This document shows positions 8,405-18,575 of a stretch of 64,000 bases of DNA, one piece after another; position 1 is the first letter of the stretch; the number at the start of each line of letters is the position of its first letter. This DNA comes from Acidimicrobiales bacterium. GTDB taxonomy: Bacteria; Actinomycetota; Acidimicrobiia; Acidimicrobiales; Aldehydirespiratoraceae. The notes beneath the pieces are model-generated. The model was given only the letters and a program-made list of their open reading frames with translations. It did no database searches and was not told where the DNA came from. The stretch is taken from NCBI GenBank assembly GCA_047516945.1, contig JAKZTU010000093.1, positions 2,456 to 66,455 on the forward strand. The letters are read 5' to 3'. The position numbers and the translations under genes are program-made.

Positions 8405-9016
8405 TTAGATCCAGATGTCGAGCGCGTCGGGCTCCACTCGGATGCTCAACGTCTTGGCCTTGTCCTGACCGATTCCGTCGAGGGTTATTGGGGTGGGACG
8501 CTCAAGCTCCAGTTGCACGGCTGCGCAGCGGCGAATCTTGATCTGAGGGTGAGGTACGTGGGTGCCCGATCGCAGTCGGGAGCGAGCCTTCAAGCGCTCA
8601 CCAAAGGTTGGGTTCGCCTCAATGAGATCCAGTCGCCCGTCGGAGGGGTGAGCCTTGGGAGCAACGTTGTAGTCACCAATAAAAGCTGCGTTGGCCGCGA
8701 TAACGATCGGACCTCGCCACCAGGAGTGGCACGCTACAAGATGGGAAACAAACCAAAAAAGGCGACCGTCGACAAGAGCGACACCCAAGTCGATTCGCAG
8801 ATGGGTCCCCTCCCCCGCTCTCAGCGAGGCCTCGTTGTTCCGAACGCCGAGAGTTCGGGCCAGGTCACCGCCAACAAGACACAATGGCGGAGTGGGTTTT
8901 CGTGCTCGTCGAGGCCAACTAATCGCCTCATTCGCTTCAGCATCGTTGCTCACAAAGATCGCGTCGCCGGGGACTGCTTCGGGTTTTCCCCAGTCCGCAC
9001 CCTTGCGAATAGTCAC
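8405..9016 (-). CDS. Diacylglycerol-kinase-like (YegS/BmrU-type) protein, apparently N-terminally truncated
   Basis: VGGDLARTLG, IDLGVALVDGRLF and HPSDGRLDLI resemble DAGK catalytic and accessory motifs. GTG start overlaps the tatC stop (GTGA). Confidence 0.45.
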   Translation of the reverse strand: MTIRKGADWGKPEAVPGDAIFVSNDAEANEAISWPRRARKPTPPLCLVGGDLARTLGVRNNEASLRAGEGTHLRIDLGVALVDGRLFWFVSHLVACHSWWRGPIVIAANAAFIGDYNVAPKAHPSDGRLDLIEANPTFGERLKARSRLRSGTHVPHPQIKIRRCAAVQLELERPTPITLDGIGQDKAKTLSIRVEPDALDIWI

Positions 9017-9795
9017 TGCGATCGGGCCTTCTTTTTGGCTCTTCGATTTCGTATTCGGCCAAACAAGATGGCGAACTCATAGAAGAGATACATGGGCACC
9101 GATAGCACGGTGAGAGTGAACGGATCTCCGCTCGGTGTAATTACCGCCACGAGAGCGACGATGCCGACAACGGCGTAGCGCCGGACCCCTCGGAGCGATT
9201 CGTTCTCGACTATGCCGAGCAGTTGCAAGAAAATCAGCACTATCGGAAACTCAAATCCGATCCCGAACGCAACAATCATCTTGATGACGAAACCCAGATA
9301 TTCGTTAGGTGAATACCATTCAACAAGGTCTTCTCCGCCCAAAGCAGACAGAAACTCGAGCGCCCGAGGAATGCTCCAGTAGGCCAGCGCCGCTCCGGCG
9401 AAGAAGAGTGTCACGCCGCTGACCATGAAGGCGATGGCGAAACGCTTTTCGTGAGAGAACAGACCGGGAGCCACGAATCGCCAGAGCTGCCACAACAACA
9501 CCGGCATCGCTGCAATCAATCCGCCGTAGCCAGCGATCGAGACGCGCACGCTGAAGGGCTCGAAGGGGTTGCGCGCATAAAGCTGACATCGGCTTCCGAA
9601 CACGTCGGTTGCCGTGCGATCAGCTTCAGGTAGCGAGCGACAATACGGCTCAAGCAGAAAATCAAGAATCCACGGATACGCAATCCAACAAGCGATAGCG
9701 CCGACGGCAATCGCAATCAGTGAGATGACGATGCGGCGACGGAGCTCCGTCAGATGCTCCATCAAAGTCATTCGTGACGCTTCTTTTTTGCTCAT
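9013..9795 (-). CDS. tatC: Twin-arginine translocase subunit TatC
   Basis: MTLMEHLTELRRRI start, six predicted TM segments, and adjacency to tatA. Confidence 0.95.
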   Translation of the reverse strand: MSKKEASRMTLMEHLTELRRRIVISLIAIAVGAIACWIAYPWILDFLLEPYCRSLPEADRTATDVFGSRCQLYARNPFEPFSVRVSIAGYGGLIAAMPVLLWQLWRFVAPGLFSHEKRFAIAFMVSGVTLFFAGAALAYWSIPRALEFLSALGGEDLVEWYSPNEYLGFVIKMIVAFGIGFEFPIVLIFLQLLGIVENESLRGVRRYAVVGIVALVAVITPSGDPFTLTVLSVPMYLFYEFAILFGRIRNRRAKKKARSQ

Positions 9796-10151
9796 GAAGC
9801 GGAGGCTTGAGTATCAGGGGATCCACCAGCGGGTTCAGCTTCGGTTGAGGTGTCACTGTTTTTGGTTTCGGGGTCCCGTTCTGTGGGAGCATCCTCAACC
9901 GAGCCGGCGTCGGTTGGAGTGGTGGGAGAATCAGGAGTCTTCACGCGTGCCCCTTTTGCCCGAGCCTCGGCTTCCACGATCGGATCTTCGATTGCTTCGC
10001 GCATTTCTCGCTGGAATCCGCTGGAAATCCGTTTTAACTCGGTGAGCGCCCGACCAACCTGGCGAGCGGCCTCGGGCAGTTTCTTCGGGCCCAGCACTAC
10101 CAACGCCACCAACAATATGACGATCACTTCCATGCCACCCAGGTTTCCCAT
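9792..10151 (-). CDS. tatA: Twin-arginine translocase TatA/TatB-family subunit
   Basis: GGMEVIVILLVALVVLGPKKLPEAARQVGRAL. Overlaps the tatC start by 4 nt. Confidence 0.9.
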   Translation of the reverse strand: MGNLGGMEVIVILLVALVVLGPKKLPEAARQVGRALTELKRISSGFQREMREAIEDPIVEAEARAKGARVKTPDSPTTPTDAGSVEDAPTERDPETKNSDTSTEAEPAGGSPDTQASAS

Positions 10152-10160
10152 GGACAGAGC

Positions 10161-10427
10161 CTACCGATCGTCGGATTGGCGGCGCGAGCGGAGTCGGTGG
10201 ATCCTCGCGACCTGGTCTAGTTCTGCCGCTCGAATGCTCAACTCGAGGGTCAGATGTTGCAGGTCGTCGTTGGCCACTGCTGCGGCGCGCGCTCGACGCA
10301 TCGAGAAGCGCAACAGACCCATCTCTTTGGAGACGTTTTGCAGCGAGATCGCAAGCACTACCAATGACACGACTACTGCCGTGGCCACCAGTATCAAAGT
10401 CCAACTCATAACGCGAGCGTACCGCAC
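10161..10427 (-). CDS. Small single-pass membrane protein (hypothetical)
   Basis: MSWTLILVATAVVVSLVVLAISL TM segment followed by a charged helix, immediately upstream of tatA. The start may be ATG 10409. Confidence 0.45.
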   Translation of the reverse strand: MRYARVMSWTLILVATAVVVSLVVLAISLQNVSKEMGLLRFSMRRARAAAVANDDLQHLTLELSIRAAELDQVARIHRLRSRRQSDDR

Positions 10428-10472
10428 CCGCGATCATCGTTTCTCAGTGGCCGCGCGCGCATACTGACAACC

Positions 10473-11180
10473 ATGACGACGCGTTTTGCGCCCCTGCGAG
10501 GTCCGGCCATCCTGTTTGCCCATCGAGGAGCCAGGACCCTGGAACGGGAAAATACGATCGACGCGTTCAGGCGAGCTGTAAGTCTTGGCGCAACCGGACT
10601 TGAAACGGATGCTTGGCTGACCAGCGACGGTGAGGTGGTGTTGGATCACGACGGTTACCACCGAAGGTTTCCGCGCAAGTGGATCAGAGACACGAACAGA
10701 GCTGACCTGAAAGCACACATCTGTACCCTGGTCGAGTTCTACGAGTCAGTAGGCACTGACCTGCCCGTGAGTCTGGACCTGAAAGATCCTGCAGCCTTCG
10801 CGCCAGTTGCCGCAATAGCACAGGCCTACGGAACAGAACAGCGGTTGTGGATCTGCCACTCTGAGGTTGACTTACTGTCGGAGTGGCGCCGAGTTGCACC
10901 GAATGTCCGTCTCGTCAACTCGACTGCGATTCAACGGTTGCCGAGCGGACCTGAGCGTCGCGCCGCCAAACTCAGTTCCGCTGGGATCGATGCTGTCAAC
11001 CTCCGTCAGGGTGAATGGACAGCGGGGTTAGTTGCACTCTTTCACCGATTCGAGGTGCTGGCTTTTGGTTGGGACGCACAGTATGAGCGTCAATTGGCCT
11101 CTTTGATCGACATGGGTATCGACGCCGTCTATAGCGACGATGTTGAGCGGATGGTGGCTGTGGCGGCCACTTTCGGCTAA
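10473..11180 (+). CDS. Glycerophosphodiester phosphodiesterase (GDPD) family
   Basis: FAHRGARTLERENTIDAFRRAVSLGATGLETDAWLTSDGEVVLDHD. Confidence 0.85.
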   Translation: MTTRFAPLRGPAILFAHRGARTLERENTIDAFRRAVSLGATGLETDAWLTSDGEVVLDHDGYHRRFPRKWIRDTNRADLKAHICTLVEFYESVGTDLPVSLDLKDPAAFAPVAAIAQAYGTEQRLWICHSEVDLLSEWRRVAPNVRLVNSTAIQRLPSGPERRAAKLSSAGIDAVNLRQGEWTAGLVALFHRFEVLAFGWDAQYERQLASLIDMGIDAVYSDDVERMVAVAATFG

Positions 11181-11213
11181 AGACCGAACTAGTCGATTAC
11201 AAGAAACCGCTGA

Positions 11214-11945
11214 TCACAAGAAACCAATGTCTCCGAGAGGCCAGAGTTTGATGAAGGCCCGGCCAACGATTGCGTCGATCTCAATTGGACCGAAAGTACG
11301 GGAATCAGTGCTGCCCTCGCGATTGTCGCCCATCACGAACACCGTTCCTTCGGGGACCAGGCAATAGTCCGCCGAGGCTGGTTCGTTCGCGCAGTCCATT
11401 AATCGTCCGTTGACGAATGTTCTGGTGAGATCGACGTATGGCTCGTTGTAGGGCTCTCCGTCGATCAAGACCTGCCCATTTGAAAAGGCAACGGTCTCCC
11501 CCGGTAGAGCTATAACTCGCTTGATGAAATCGTTGATCTCGCCTGGCGCACGGTCTGGCTTGGAAAAAACGATCACATCCCCACGTTGGATATCGCCGAA
11601 GCGGTAGCTGAGCTTGTTGACAAGCACCCGGTCGTCTTCGCGGAGAGTGTCTTCCATGGAACTCGACGGAATATAGTATGCCTGCACGAGAAACATCCGT
11701 ATCAATAGGGCCATGGCCAGTGCGCAGACAGCTACTAAGAGCCATTCCACCAGAGTCCGGAGAAGTTCCTGTGCGCTATCGGGCTGAGGTAACGAAACGG
11801 AGTCTTCGTCTGAGTCAAGGTCGTTGTTCTCTGCGGCATGGTCCAGACCCGAATGATCGCTGGTCGGATGGGTCTGTTGCACAGGCGTAGCTCCAGGGAC
11901 TGGTAAGCCGTCTGGTGAACTGGGCGAAACCCCAGAGGCATTCAC
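11214..11945 (-). CDS. lepB: Signal peptidase I
   Basis: IPSSSMEDTL (catalytic Ser box), VLVNK, GDNREGSTDSR. Confidence 0.9.
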   Translation of the reverse strand: MNASGVSPSSPDGLPVPGATPVQQTHPTSDHSGLDHAAENNDLDSDEDSVSLPQPDSAQELLRTLVEWLLVAVCALAMALLIRMFLVQAYYIPSSSMEDTLREDDRVLVNKLSYRFGDIQRGDVIVFSKPDRAPGEINDFIKRVIALPGETVAFSNGQVLIDGEPYNEPYVDLTRTFVNGRLMDCANEPASADYCLVPEGTVFVMGDNREGSTDSRTFGPIEIDAIVGRAFIKLWPLGDIGFL

Positions 11946-12006
11946 GACTCACGACGATACCGCCAGGCTCGCCCGAAAGGGTGGTCTGAACAAGAAGCTG
12001 CAACCG

Positions 12007-12975
12007 CTAGCGGTAGCGTTCCAAGACCCTGTTCGCCGCGTTGGACACAAGACTGGGTGACAGCGGTGGGTCGATTGAAACGATCTCTGCCTGAGGACCG
12101 AGTCGCAACATCAACCGTTCAAGCCAACCAACCGCAGACACTGCCATGCCCACGTTGAGCCAGCCCTCAGCGTCGGTTTCGACCGATTCGGTTGGGTACT
12201 GCTCAGTTACCCAAGCGCTGTCGGGGTGGAGTCGCAGCAGCACTCTCGGGTCGTCGCCGTGGGGAGTAAAAGACCCGCCCGAGTCGTTTGCCTGATGCTC
12301 GACGGGGTCACCAGTCAGTCGTACTGAGCGAATCCGATCCACGCGAAATATTCGCTCCCCAGTAGCTCGATGGCACCAAGCGTGAAGGTACCAGTAGCCG
12401 TTGTCGCTGAATATTCGCAGTGGTTCGACAATGCGTTGGGTGAGTTCATCTCGCCCGTAGGTGTAGTACTCAATATCAATCTGTTCCCCTCGGCTCACAG
12501 CCGACCTCAACGGCGGGAGTGTTTCGGTAGGTGCATGGCCGAGCCGCACCTCCACGGCTTGATCGGCTGCTTCACCTAGCGCCATACCCAGCTTGGTGAG
12601 AGCCCGCAACAACGGGCTTGCTGCTTCGTCGCCGTCGTCGTCACCCGTTCCAAATTGACCGCTGAGCAAGGAATGCCCAGCGGTCAGCAACCGCGCTCCT
12701 TCGCTAGGCGTGAGGCGGAGTGGACGCGAAAACCAATCCGCGTAACGGATTTGTACTTCGTCATCGGAGATGTCGACTTCGATCATTGAGTCTGGGGTGA
12801 AAGGATGGACACCTACGAAGAACACGACCCCGGTTAGATCTTCAACGAGCTGAGATCTCGGATAGTCGAAGCGAGCCACTATCTCGTCTAGGGGTGCGCC
12901 TTGTTGCTCGACAACCCATGGGATCACCGCCAACAGACGGTTCATCCGTTCCGAGGCGGTCAGCTTGGGGGTCAT
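12007..12975 (-). CDS. pafC: PafC (HTH/WYL-domain regulator)
   Basis: Second of two paralogous HTH-WYL genes downstream of pafA. Contains a YWYLHAW WYL core and overlaps pafB by 4 nt. Confidence 0.85.
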   Translation of the reverse strand: MTPKLTASERMNRLLAVIPWVVEQQGAPLDEIVARFDYPRSQLVEDLTGVVFFVGVHPFTPDSMIEVDISDDEVQIRYADWFSRPLRLTPSEGARLLTAGHSLLSGQFGTGDDDGDEAASPLLRALTKLGMALGEAADQAVEVRLGHAPTETLPPLRSAVSRGEQIDIEYYTYGRDELTQRIVEPLRIFSDNGYWYLHAWCHRATGERIFRVDRIRSVRLTGDPVEHQANDSGGSFTPHGDDPRVLLRLHPDSAWVTEQYPTESVETDAEGWLNVGMAVSAVGWLERLMLRLGPQAEIVSIDPPLSPSLVSNAANRVLERYR

Positions 12976-13868
12976 GTGAGCGCCTCCAGCCAGCTCACGA
13001 TGTCTGCCCTAGCTTCTGGAGGATCTAGTACCTCTGCGTGTTCGAGGAAAGTGAGGATGAACGATCGGAATCCTTCGCGGTTGCGCACCTGAAAGGTGAC
13101 TACCGATGTTTGGTCGTATTGCTTCGAGTCCTCGCCGATCAGATGGTGAAAATAGGCGGCCTGATCTGGGTCGACGGCTACCCGCACGTTCGTTGGACTC
13201 TCATCGCCAAGCTCCCAACCCCGCAAATTGCTGGGGTCGGTCGGGGTTCCCACGGGTTGAGCGGCGTTGTCGAGCAACTCGATTGGCCCCGAGACTCGGT
13301 CCACTCGGTAGAGGCGCTGGTCATCGCGGAGCCGGTCCCACCCCGCTAGGTACCAGTGACCTCGCGAAAACGAAAGACGCCACGGTTCAACCGCGCGTTC
13401 GATGCCGGCATAGCTGAAACCGACCGCCCGGCGATCAGCGGCTGCTGCAATCAAAGCAGCCAGGTTCTCGTCGAAGGGCACATGACCGACCTCGGTTGCC
13501 TCTAGGGCACCGGATACGGCGCCGCCGAGCTTGTGTAGACCGGTGTCGCCGCCATCGAGCCGGACGATGCTGGTGGCGAGATGAAGCGCTGCCAATTCGT
13601 CTGGTTCGAGCCGAAGGTCTCGGCCCGCGTACTCCGAGCGCAGGATTCGGTAACCGTCAATTGGCGGATCCGCTCCCGGTACGCTCTCGACTCGCAATGG
13701 TATGCCCATCTTGCGTAGGTCTTCTTTGTCACGCTCGAAGGTCCGTCGAAATGAGGCCTTGGCTTCTGGGTATCCGCCGATCCGACGGCGCAACTCGTCG
13801 GCGGACAGGACTCGGTCGGCGTCGAGAAGAGCTGCGGTCAAATTCAGGAGGCGTTCGAGCTTGTCCAT
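12972..13868 (-). CDS. pafB: PafB (HTH/WYL-domain regulator)
   Basis: MDKLERLLNLTAALL HTH start and HWYLAGW WYL core, directly downstream of pafA. Confidence 0.85.
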   Translation of the reverse strand: MDKLERLLNLTAALLDADRVLSADELRRRIGGYPEAKASFRRTFERDKEDLRKMGIPLRVESVPGADPPIDGYRILRSEYAGRDLRLEPDELAALHLATSIVRLDGGDTGLHKLGGAVSGALEATEVGHVPFDENLAALIAAAADRRAVGFSYAGIERAVEPWRLSFSRGHWYLAGWDRLRDDQRLYRVDRVSGPIELLDNAAQPVGTPTDPSNLRGWELGDESPTNVRVAVDPDQAAYFHHLIGEDSKQYDQTSVVTFQVRNREGFRSFILTFLEHAEVLDPPEARADIVSWLEALT

Positions 13869-13887
13869 TGGTGCTGGGTTCTGTCTC

Positions 13888-15255
13888 CTACAACGAAGCG
13901 ATCAGTTTCTCGACACGGTCGTCCTGGGCTTTGAAGGGGTCTTTGCACAAGACTGTGCGCTGGGCTTGATCGTTGAGCTTCAGATGTACCCAATCGACTG
14001 TATAGTCCCGCCTCTGTTCCTTGGCCCGGCGGATGAATTCGCCGCGAAGGCGTGCCCGTGTTGTCTCAGGCGGGTTTTCGACGGCTTGTGAAATCTGGCG
14101 ATCGGTGACAATGCGTTCGACCATTCCCCGTTGTTGCATCCGGTAATACAGTCCTCGGTCGCGGTTCACGTCGTGGTATTGGAGATCAAGCAGTGCCACC
14201 TTGGCATCGGACAACTCAAGGTTCTTTCGGGTGCGGTAGCCCTCAACCAGCTTGTATTTGATGACCCAGTCAATTTCTCGATCAAGCTTCAGCGGATCGT
14301 CTTCAAGTCCGGTAAGACAGTGTTCCCACATCTTGAGAGCGAGTTGCTCTTCGTCGCTGAGTTCGTGGTGTTCGGCGAAGCGCAATGCTCGTTGCAGGTA
14401 CTCGCCTTGGATGTCGAGCGCCGATACTTCGCGTCCGTTGGCGAGACGGATGCGCCGTCGGCAGGTCATGTCGTGACTGATTTCGCGGATAGCGCGGATG
14501 GGGTTTTCGAGTGTCATGTCACGCAGCACGACGTGTGGTTCTTCCAGCATCCGCAACATCAATGAACAGGTCGCGACCTTCAGAAAAGTCGTGTATTCGC
14601 TCATGTTCGAGTCTCCAACAATTACATGGAGGCGACGGTACCGTTCGGCATCGGCGTGCGGTTCATCTCGGGTGTTGATGATCGGCCGCGAGCGGGTTGT
14701 CGCTGACGATACGCCCTCCCAGATGTGCTCAGCGCGCTGACTCACGCAGAACCTGGCTCCTCGCGCTGTCTGCAGGATTTTGCCTGCACCAGCGTAGATC
14801 TGTCGGCTTACGAGAAACGGAATCAACACTTCGCTGTAGACGCTGAGATCATCGTTGCGGGTAATGCAGTAATTTTCGTGACAGCCGTAACTGTTGCCTG
14901 CCGAGTCGGTGTTGTTCTTGAACAGATAGATGTCCCCGTGGATGCCTTCCTCAGACAGCCGTTCTTCGGCGCTGGTGAGGAGTTGTTCAAGGATGCGTTC
15001 TCCGGCTTTGTCGTGGGCAGTGAGATCGCTGACCGAGTCACACTCGGGCGTGGCGTACTCGGGATGGCTGCCGACATCGAGATAAAGACGAGCTCCGTTG
15101 CCCAAAAAGACATTGCTTGAGCGCCCCCAAGAAACGACTCGCCGAAACAAATAACGCGCTACCTCGTCGGGGCTGAGGCGTCGCTGACCGCGCAGGGTGC
15201 AAGTTACGCCGTACTCGTTTTCGATTCCGAAGATCCGACGCTGCACGTCGAACAA
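13888..15255 (-). CDS. pafA: Pup--protein ligase PafA
   Basis: [15 protein letters not shown]-terminus, carboxylate-amine ligase fold motifs, and position downstream of prcA. Confidence 0.95.
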   Translation of the reverse strand: MFDVQRRIFGIENEYGVTCTLRGQRRLSPDEVARYLFRRVVSWGRSSNVFLGNGARLYLDVGSHPEYATPECDSVSDLTAHDKAGERILEQLLTSAEERLSEEGIHGDIYLFKNNTDSAGNSYGCHENYCITRNDDLSVYSEVLIPFLVSRQIYAGAGKILQTARGARFCVSQRAEHIWEGVSSATTRSRPIINTRDEPHADAERYRRLHVIVGDSNMSEYTTFLKVATCSLMLRMLEEPHVVLRDMTLENPIRAIREISHDMTCRRRIRLANGREVSALDIQGEYLQRALRFAEHHELSDEEQLALKMWEHCLTGLEDDPLKLDREIDWVIKYKLVEGYRTRKNLELSDAKVALLDLQYHDVNRDRGLYYRMQQRGMVERIVTDRQISQAVENPPETTRARLRGEFIRRAKEQRRDYTVDWVHLKLNDQAQRTVLCKDPFKAQDDRVEKLIASL

Positions 15256-15284
15256 CCTAGACCCCCGTCCGCGCCGTTGGTAGG

Positions 15285-15965
15285 TCAGGTGCTGATAAGG
15301 CTTGCAACCTCAGGATCTTCAAGGCGGCGAAATGCTCGACGACCAGTACCTCGCTGCAGCACCGCGATCTCCAATTCGGCAGGGCTCAGCGATCGGTCGG
15401 GACCGCCCAGAGCAGATATTGCCCGGCTTAAACCGTTAGCGAGTTCTGGCATGTCGTCCAGTTCACCGAAGCGATCCGAGATCGTTTCGGTTTCACCGCC
15501 GAGCACAACCGACATGTCCTCGTCAACGACTGTTCCGTCGTAAAGGATGTGGAATAGCTGGTCGCCGCCGCCATCGTCTTCTCCTATTTCGGCCACCAGA
15601 ATCGCTACTTCCATCGGTTTCATCTCGTGCGTAAAGATCTGTCCGAGAATTTGGGCGTATTGGTTGGCGAGGCTACGTGCATCGACGTCTCCACGACTGA
15701 AGGCATATCCCTTGAGGTCCGCATGACGCACGCCGGCGATACGCAATTGATCGAACTCGTTGTACTTGCCGACACCGGCAAAAGCGATCCGGTCGTAGAT
15801 CTCGCTCACCTTGCGCAGTGTCGAAGACTTGTTTTCGGCACAGATGGCAATGCCGTCGACAAAGCGAAAGGCGATGAGGCTGCGGCCTCGTGCGATGCCT
15901 TTGCGGGCGTAGTCGGCGCGGTCCTTCATTACCTGCTCAGGAGCCACGTAGAAGGGCATGTTCAT
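15285..15965 (-). CDS. prcA: 20S proteasome alpha subunit
   Basis: [29 protein letters not shown]. Start set at ATG 15965; the track start at 16166 would overlap prcB. Confidence 0.95.
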   Translation of the reverse strand: MNMPFYVAPEQVMKDRADYARKGIARGRSLIAFRFVDGIAICAENKSSTLRKVSEIYDRIAFAGVGKYNEFDQLRIAGVRHADLKGYAFSRGDVDARSLANQYAQILGQIFTHEMKPMEVAILVAEIGEDDGGGDQLFHILYDGTVVDEDMSVVLGGETETISDRFGELDDMPELANGLSRAISALGGPDRSLSPAELEIAVLQRGTGRRAFRRLEDPEVASLIST

Positions 15966-15975
15966 GGCAATTGCC

Positions 15976-16779
15976 TCACTGCGCTCGGCGGCGCTCAATA
16001 AGCGTGTTGGTACGTTCGGCCAATTCGTCGACCTCCAAGCGCACATAGCCCCCGGCGGTGATGGTGGCGACAATTGGATAGATACCCCGGATGGGATCAG
16101 GCCCGCCGGTTGCTGTGTCTTCGTCGGCTGCCTCGTAGAGCGCTGTGATGGCGAGGTCGGTGACATCTCCAGCGTCCATCTTGGCGTGATAGCCCAGTTT
16201 CAAGACGGTTCCGGCATGAAAGCTGCCCGAACCCGTGGTGGCATGCGCAGTCTCTTCGTATCTGCCACCGGTCAGGTCATATTCAAACAAGCGACCCTGG
16301 TCGAGTTTCAGGTCGTATCCAGCGAAGATCGGAACGACCACTAATCCCTGCATTGCGGCGGGCAGGTTGCTGCGGACCATCTGACCGAGTTGGTTCGCCT
16401 TGCCCTCAAGGCTCAGTGCGTCGCCTTCAACCTTTTCGTAGTGTTCCAACTGGAGTTGAAACAGACGCACCATCTCAGCCGCGGGACCCGCAGCCCCAGC
16501 GATTGCAACACCGCTGTGTCGATCAGCTGCAAAGACCTTCTCAATGCTGCGATGGCTGATCAGATTCCCCGAGGTGGCCCTACGGTCGCCCGCCAGCAGC
16601 ACTCCTTCGGAGTAGCGAAGAGCAACACACGTCGTACCATGTCGAAAATCCGAAACCGGGACTTTGTTATCGGAGGAGATGCCTTCGGGCGAGATTTGGT
16701 TCGCGAATCCGCTTCGCCGCAAGAGTTCCGCGAAGCTCGGACCGGGATCGTCGTGCGGTCGAAACAGCGGAAGGTTCAC
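15976..16779 (-). CDS. prcB: 20S proteasome beta subunit (with propeptide)
   Basis: HGTTCVALRY places the catalytic Thr after a ~55-aa propeptide. Confidence 0.95.
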   Translation of the reverse strand: MNLPLFRPHDDPGPSFAELLRRSGFANQISPEGISSDNKVPVSDFRHGTTCVALRYSEGVLLAGDRRATSGNLISHRSIEKVFAADRHSGVAIAGAAGPAAEMVRLFQLQLEHYEKVEGDALSLEGKANQLGQMVRSNLPAAMQGLVVVPIFAGYDLKLDQGRLFEYDLTGGRYEETAHATTGSGSFHAGTVLKLGYHAKMDAGDVTDLAITALYEAADEDTATGGPDPIRGIYPIVATITAGGYVRLEVDELAERTNTLIERRRAQ

Positions 16780-16846
16780 CTCGGATGGCTCCAGTTTGTC
16801 GAGTTCGCTCTCACTTTAGATTTCTCGGAGTTCTCAGAGGTCGTGC

Positions 16847-17041
16847 TCACTGGCCGCCCTTTTGGATGTAGCTCTTCACAAAGTCTTCTGCGTTGGCTTC
16901 GAGAACTTCGTCTATCTCGTCGAGAAGGTCATCAAGCTCCGCTTTGATTTCCTCGCCGCGCTCGGTGGCTGCGGGGGACGCTTGCTCGGCAGGCTCGCGT
17001 TCGACTGGTGTAGGTTTGCGCACTTGTTCGCGTTCAGCCAT
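16847..17041 (-). CDS. pup: Prokaryotic ubiquitin-like protein Pup
   Basis: 64 aa, ending in ..DFVKSYIQKGGQ (a C-terminal GGQ), located between dop and prcB. Confidence 0.95.
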   Translation of the reverse strand: MAEREQVRKPTPVEREPAEQASPAATERGEEIKAELDDLLDEIDEVLEANAEDFVKSYIQKGGQ

Positions 17042-17056
17042 TTATCGTCTCCATTT

Positions 17057-18565
17057 CTAGGACCCCAAGCGTCGAAGGAGTTCCGTCGCAGAGTCACACT
17101 CATGGAACAAGTTACCCACATGAGCTTCGGTACCGCGCAATGGTTCCATCATTGGTACTCTACGGAGTGCATCGGTGCCGACATCGAAAACGAGCGAATC
17201 CCAGTTGGCGGCTACCACAGCATCGGAGAACAACTGGAGGCACTTGCCGCGGAAAAAAGCGCGAGTGTTGCTTGGCGGTTCGCTCATCGCCCTAGTGGCC
17301 TCAACATCATCGACGATCTGTTCCAAGCCAACTCGTGCGGCGAGAGACCGCTCGGGTCTCATGTCGTGGTACTGAATATCTAGTGCTCTAAGCCGAGGGT
17401 CTCTCCAATCGAGTCCGTGCCGCTCTCGGTAACCTCCAATGAGGCGATATTTTGCGACCCAATCGAGTTGGGATGCGAGAGTCATGGGATCGACTTCAAG
17501 GCCTGTGAGCACCGCTTCCCAACGGTCGAGTACCTCTAGGGCCACCACTCCACCGACGTTTTCTACACCGCTGGCCTCAACGTATTTTCGGCTCTGGTCA
17601 TGTAGTTCCCACTGGATCTCAAGCGCCGTAGCTGTGGTTCCGTCAGCCAACTCAAGTGGCTGGGCGAGTGTCAAATCGTGAGACACTTGACGGATAGCAG
17701 CCACGGGGGCAGCGAAAGCGAACTCGCGACTCAAAGCATCGTCTTCGATCAGAGCCAATACCAGAGCGGTGGTGCCTACCTTTAAGAACGTCGAAATCTG
17801 CGAAGGGTTGGAATCGCCTACGATCACGTGGAGTCGACGGTACTTGCGAGCATCGGCGTGAGGTTCGTCCCTCGTGTTGATGATGGGTCGCTTTAATGTT
17901 GTCTCCAAACCGACTGCTTCTTCGAAGAAGTCGGCGCGTTGGGTGAGTTGGTAAGGCACTTCGTCGGTGCTTTGGCCCGGCATTTCGGAACCAACCTTGC
18001 CGGCTCCAGTGAAGATCTGACGTGTGACGAAATGGCTGATGCAATGAGTCACGATGCGCCCGAACGGGGTAGTTCGGTCGACCAGGTAGTTCTCATGGCA
18101 GCCGTAGCTGTTGCCTTTGCCGTCGCTGTTGTTCTTGTAGAGCACCAGTTCTTGGTTGGCGGGCAGCAGCTCGGATGCCGCAGCCATCGAGTGTTGCGCG
18201 ATCAACTCGGCGGCTCGGTCGTACAAGACGACGCTGCGCGCGTCGGCGCATTCGGGCGTGGATATCTCGGGGTGTGCGTGATCGACGTAATAGCGGGCAC
18301 CGTTGGTCAGCACGGCATTGACAAGGTGGGTTTCAACATCGGGAGGCATGGCAGCGGTGGGTGCATAGCCCCTGGCATCAATACCCGGCGTCTCATCGAT
18401 GAAGTCCCAGTGAACGGTGTCGTTGCTGTCTTCGGTTCGGTATCCGGCCGCATAGAGGTAGGCGTTGATGAGAACCGAGGATGCCGCTATCGGGTTCGGG
18501 TCCTCGGTGCCGCGGTGAACTATCCCGTATTCCGTTTCGATACCAATGATCTTCGGAATTGACAT
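17057..18565 (-). CDS. dop: Pup deamidase/depupylase Dop
   Basis: MSIPKIIGIETEYGI, a PafA paralog directly upstream of pup. Start set at ATG 18565 to avoid overlapping alr. Confidence 0.93.
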   Translation of the reverse strand: MSIPKIIGIETEYGIVHRGTEDPNPIAASSVLINAYLYAAGYRTEDSNDTVHWDFIDETPGIDARGYAPTAAMPPDVETHLVNAVLTNGARYYVDHAHPEISTPECADARSVVLYDRAAELIAQHSMAAASELLPANQELVLYKNNSDGKGNSYGCHENYLVDRTTPFGRIVTHCISHFVTRQIFTGAGKVGSEMPGQSTDEVPYQLTQRADFFEEAVGLETTLKRPIINTRDEPHADARKYRRLHVIVGDSNPSQISTFLKVGTTALVLALIEDDALSREFAFAAPVAAIRQVSHDLTLAQPLELADGTTATALEIQWELHDQSRKYVEASGVENVGGVVALEVLDRWEAVLTGLEVDPMTLASQLDWVAKYRLIGGYRERHGLDWRDPRLRALDIQYHDMRPERSLAARVGLEQIVDDVEATRAMSEPPSNTRAFFRGKCLQLFSDAVVAANWDSLVFDVGTDALRRVPMMEPLRGTEAHVGNLFHECDSATELLRRLGS

Positions 18566-18575
18566 TGCGGCGACC

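Noticed and set aside
10473-11180. Two GDPD paralogs (10473-11180 and 49855-50691) as evidence of duplication or HGT
   Set aside because: The sequences are clearly divergent, sharing only family motifs, and both have host-like GC. They are ordinary paralogs, so I did not pursue them.
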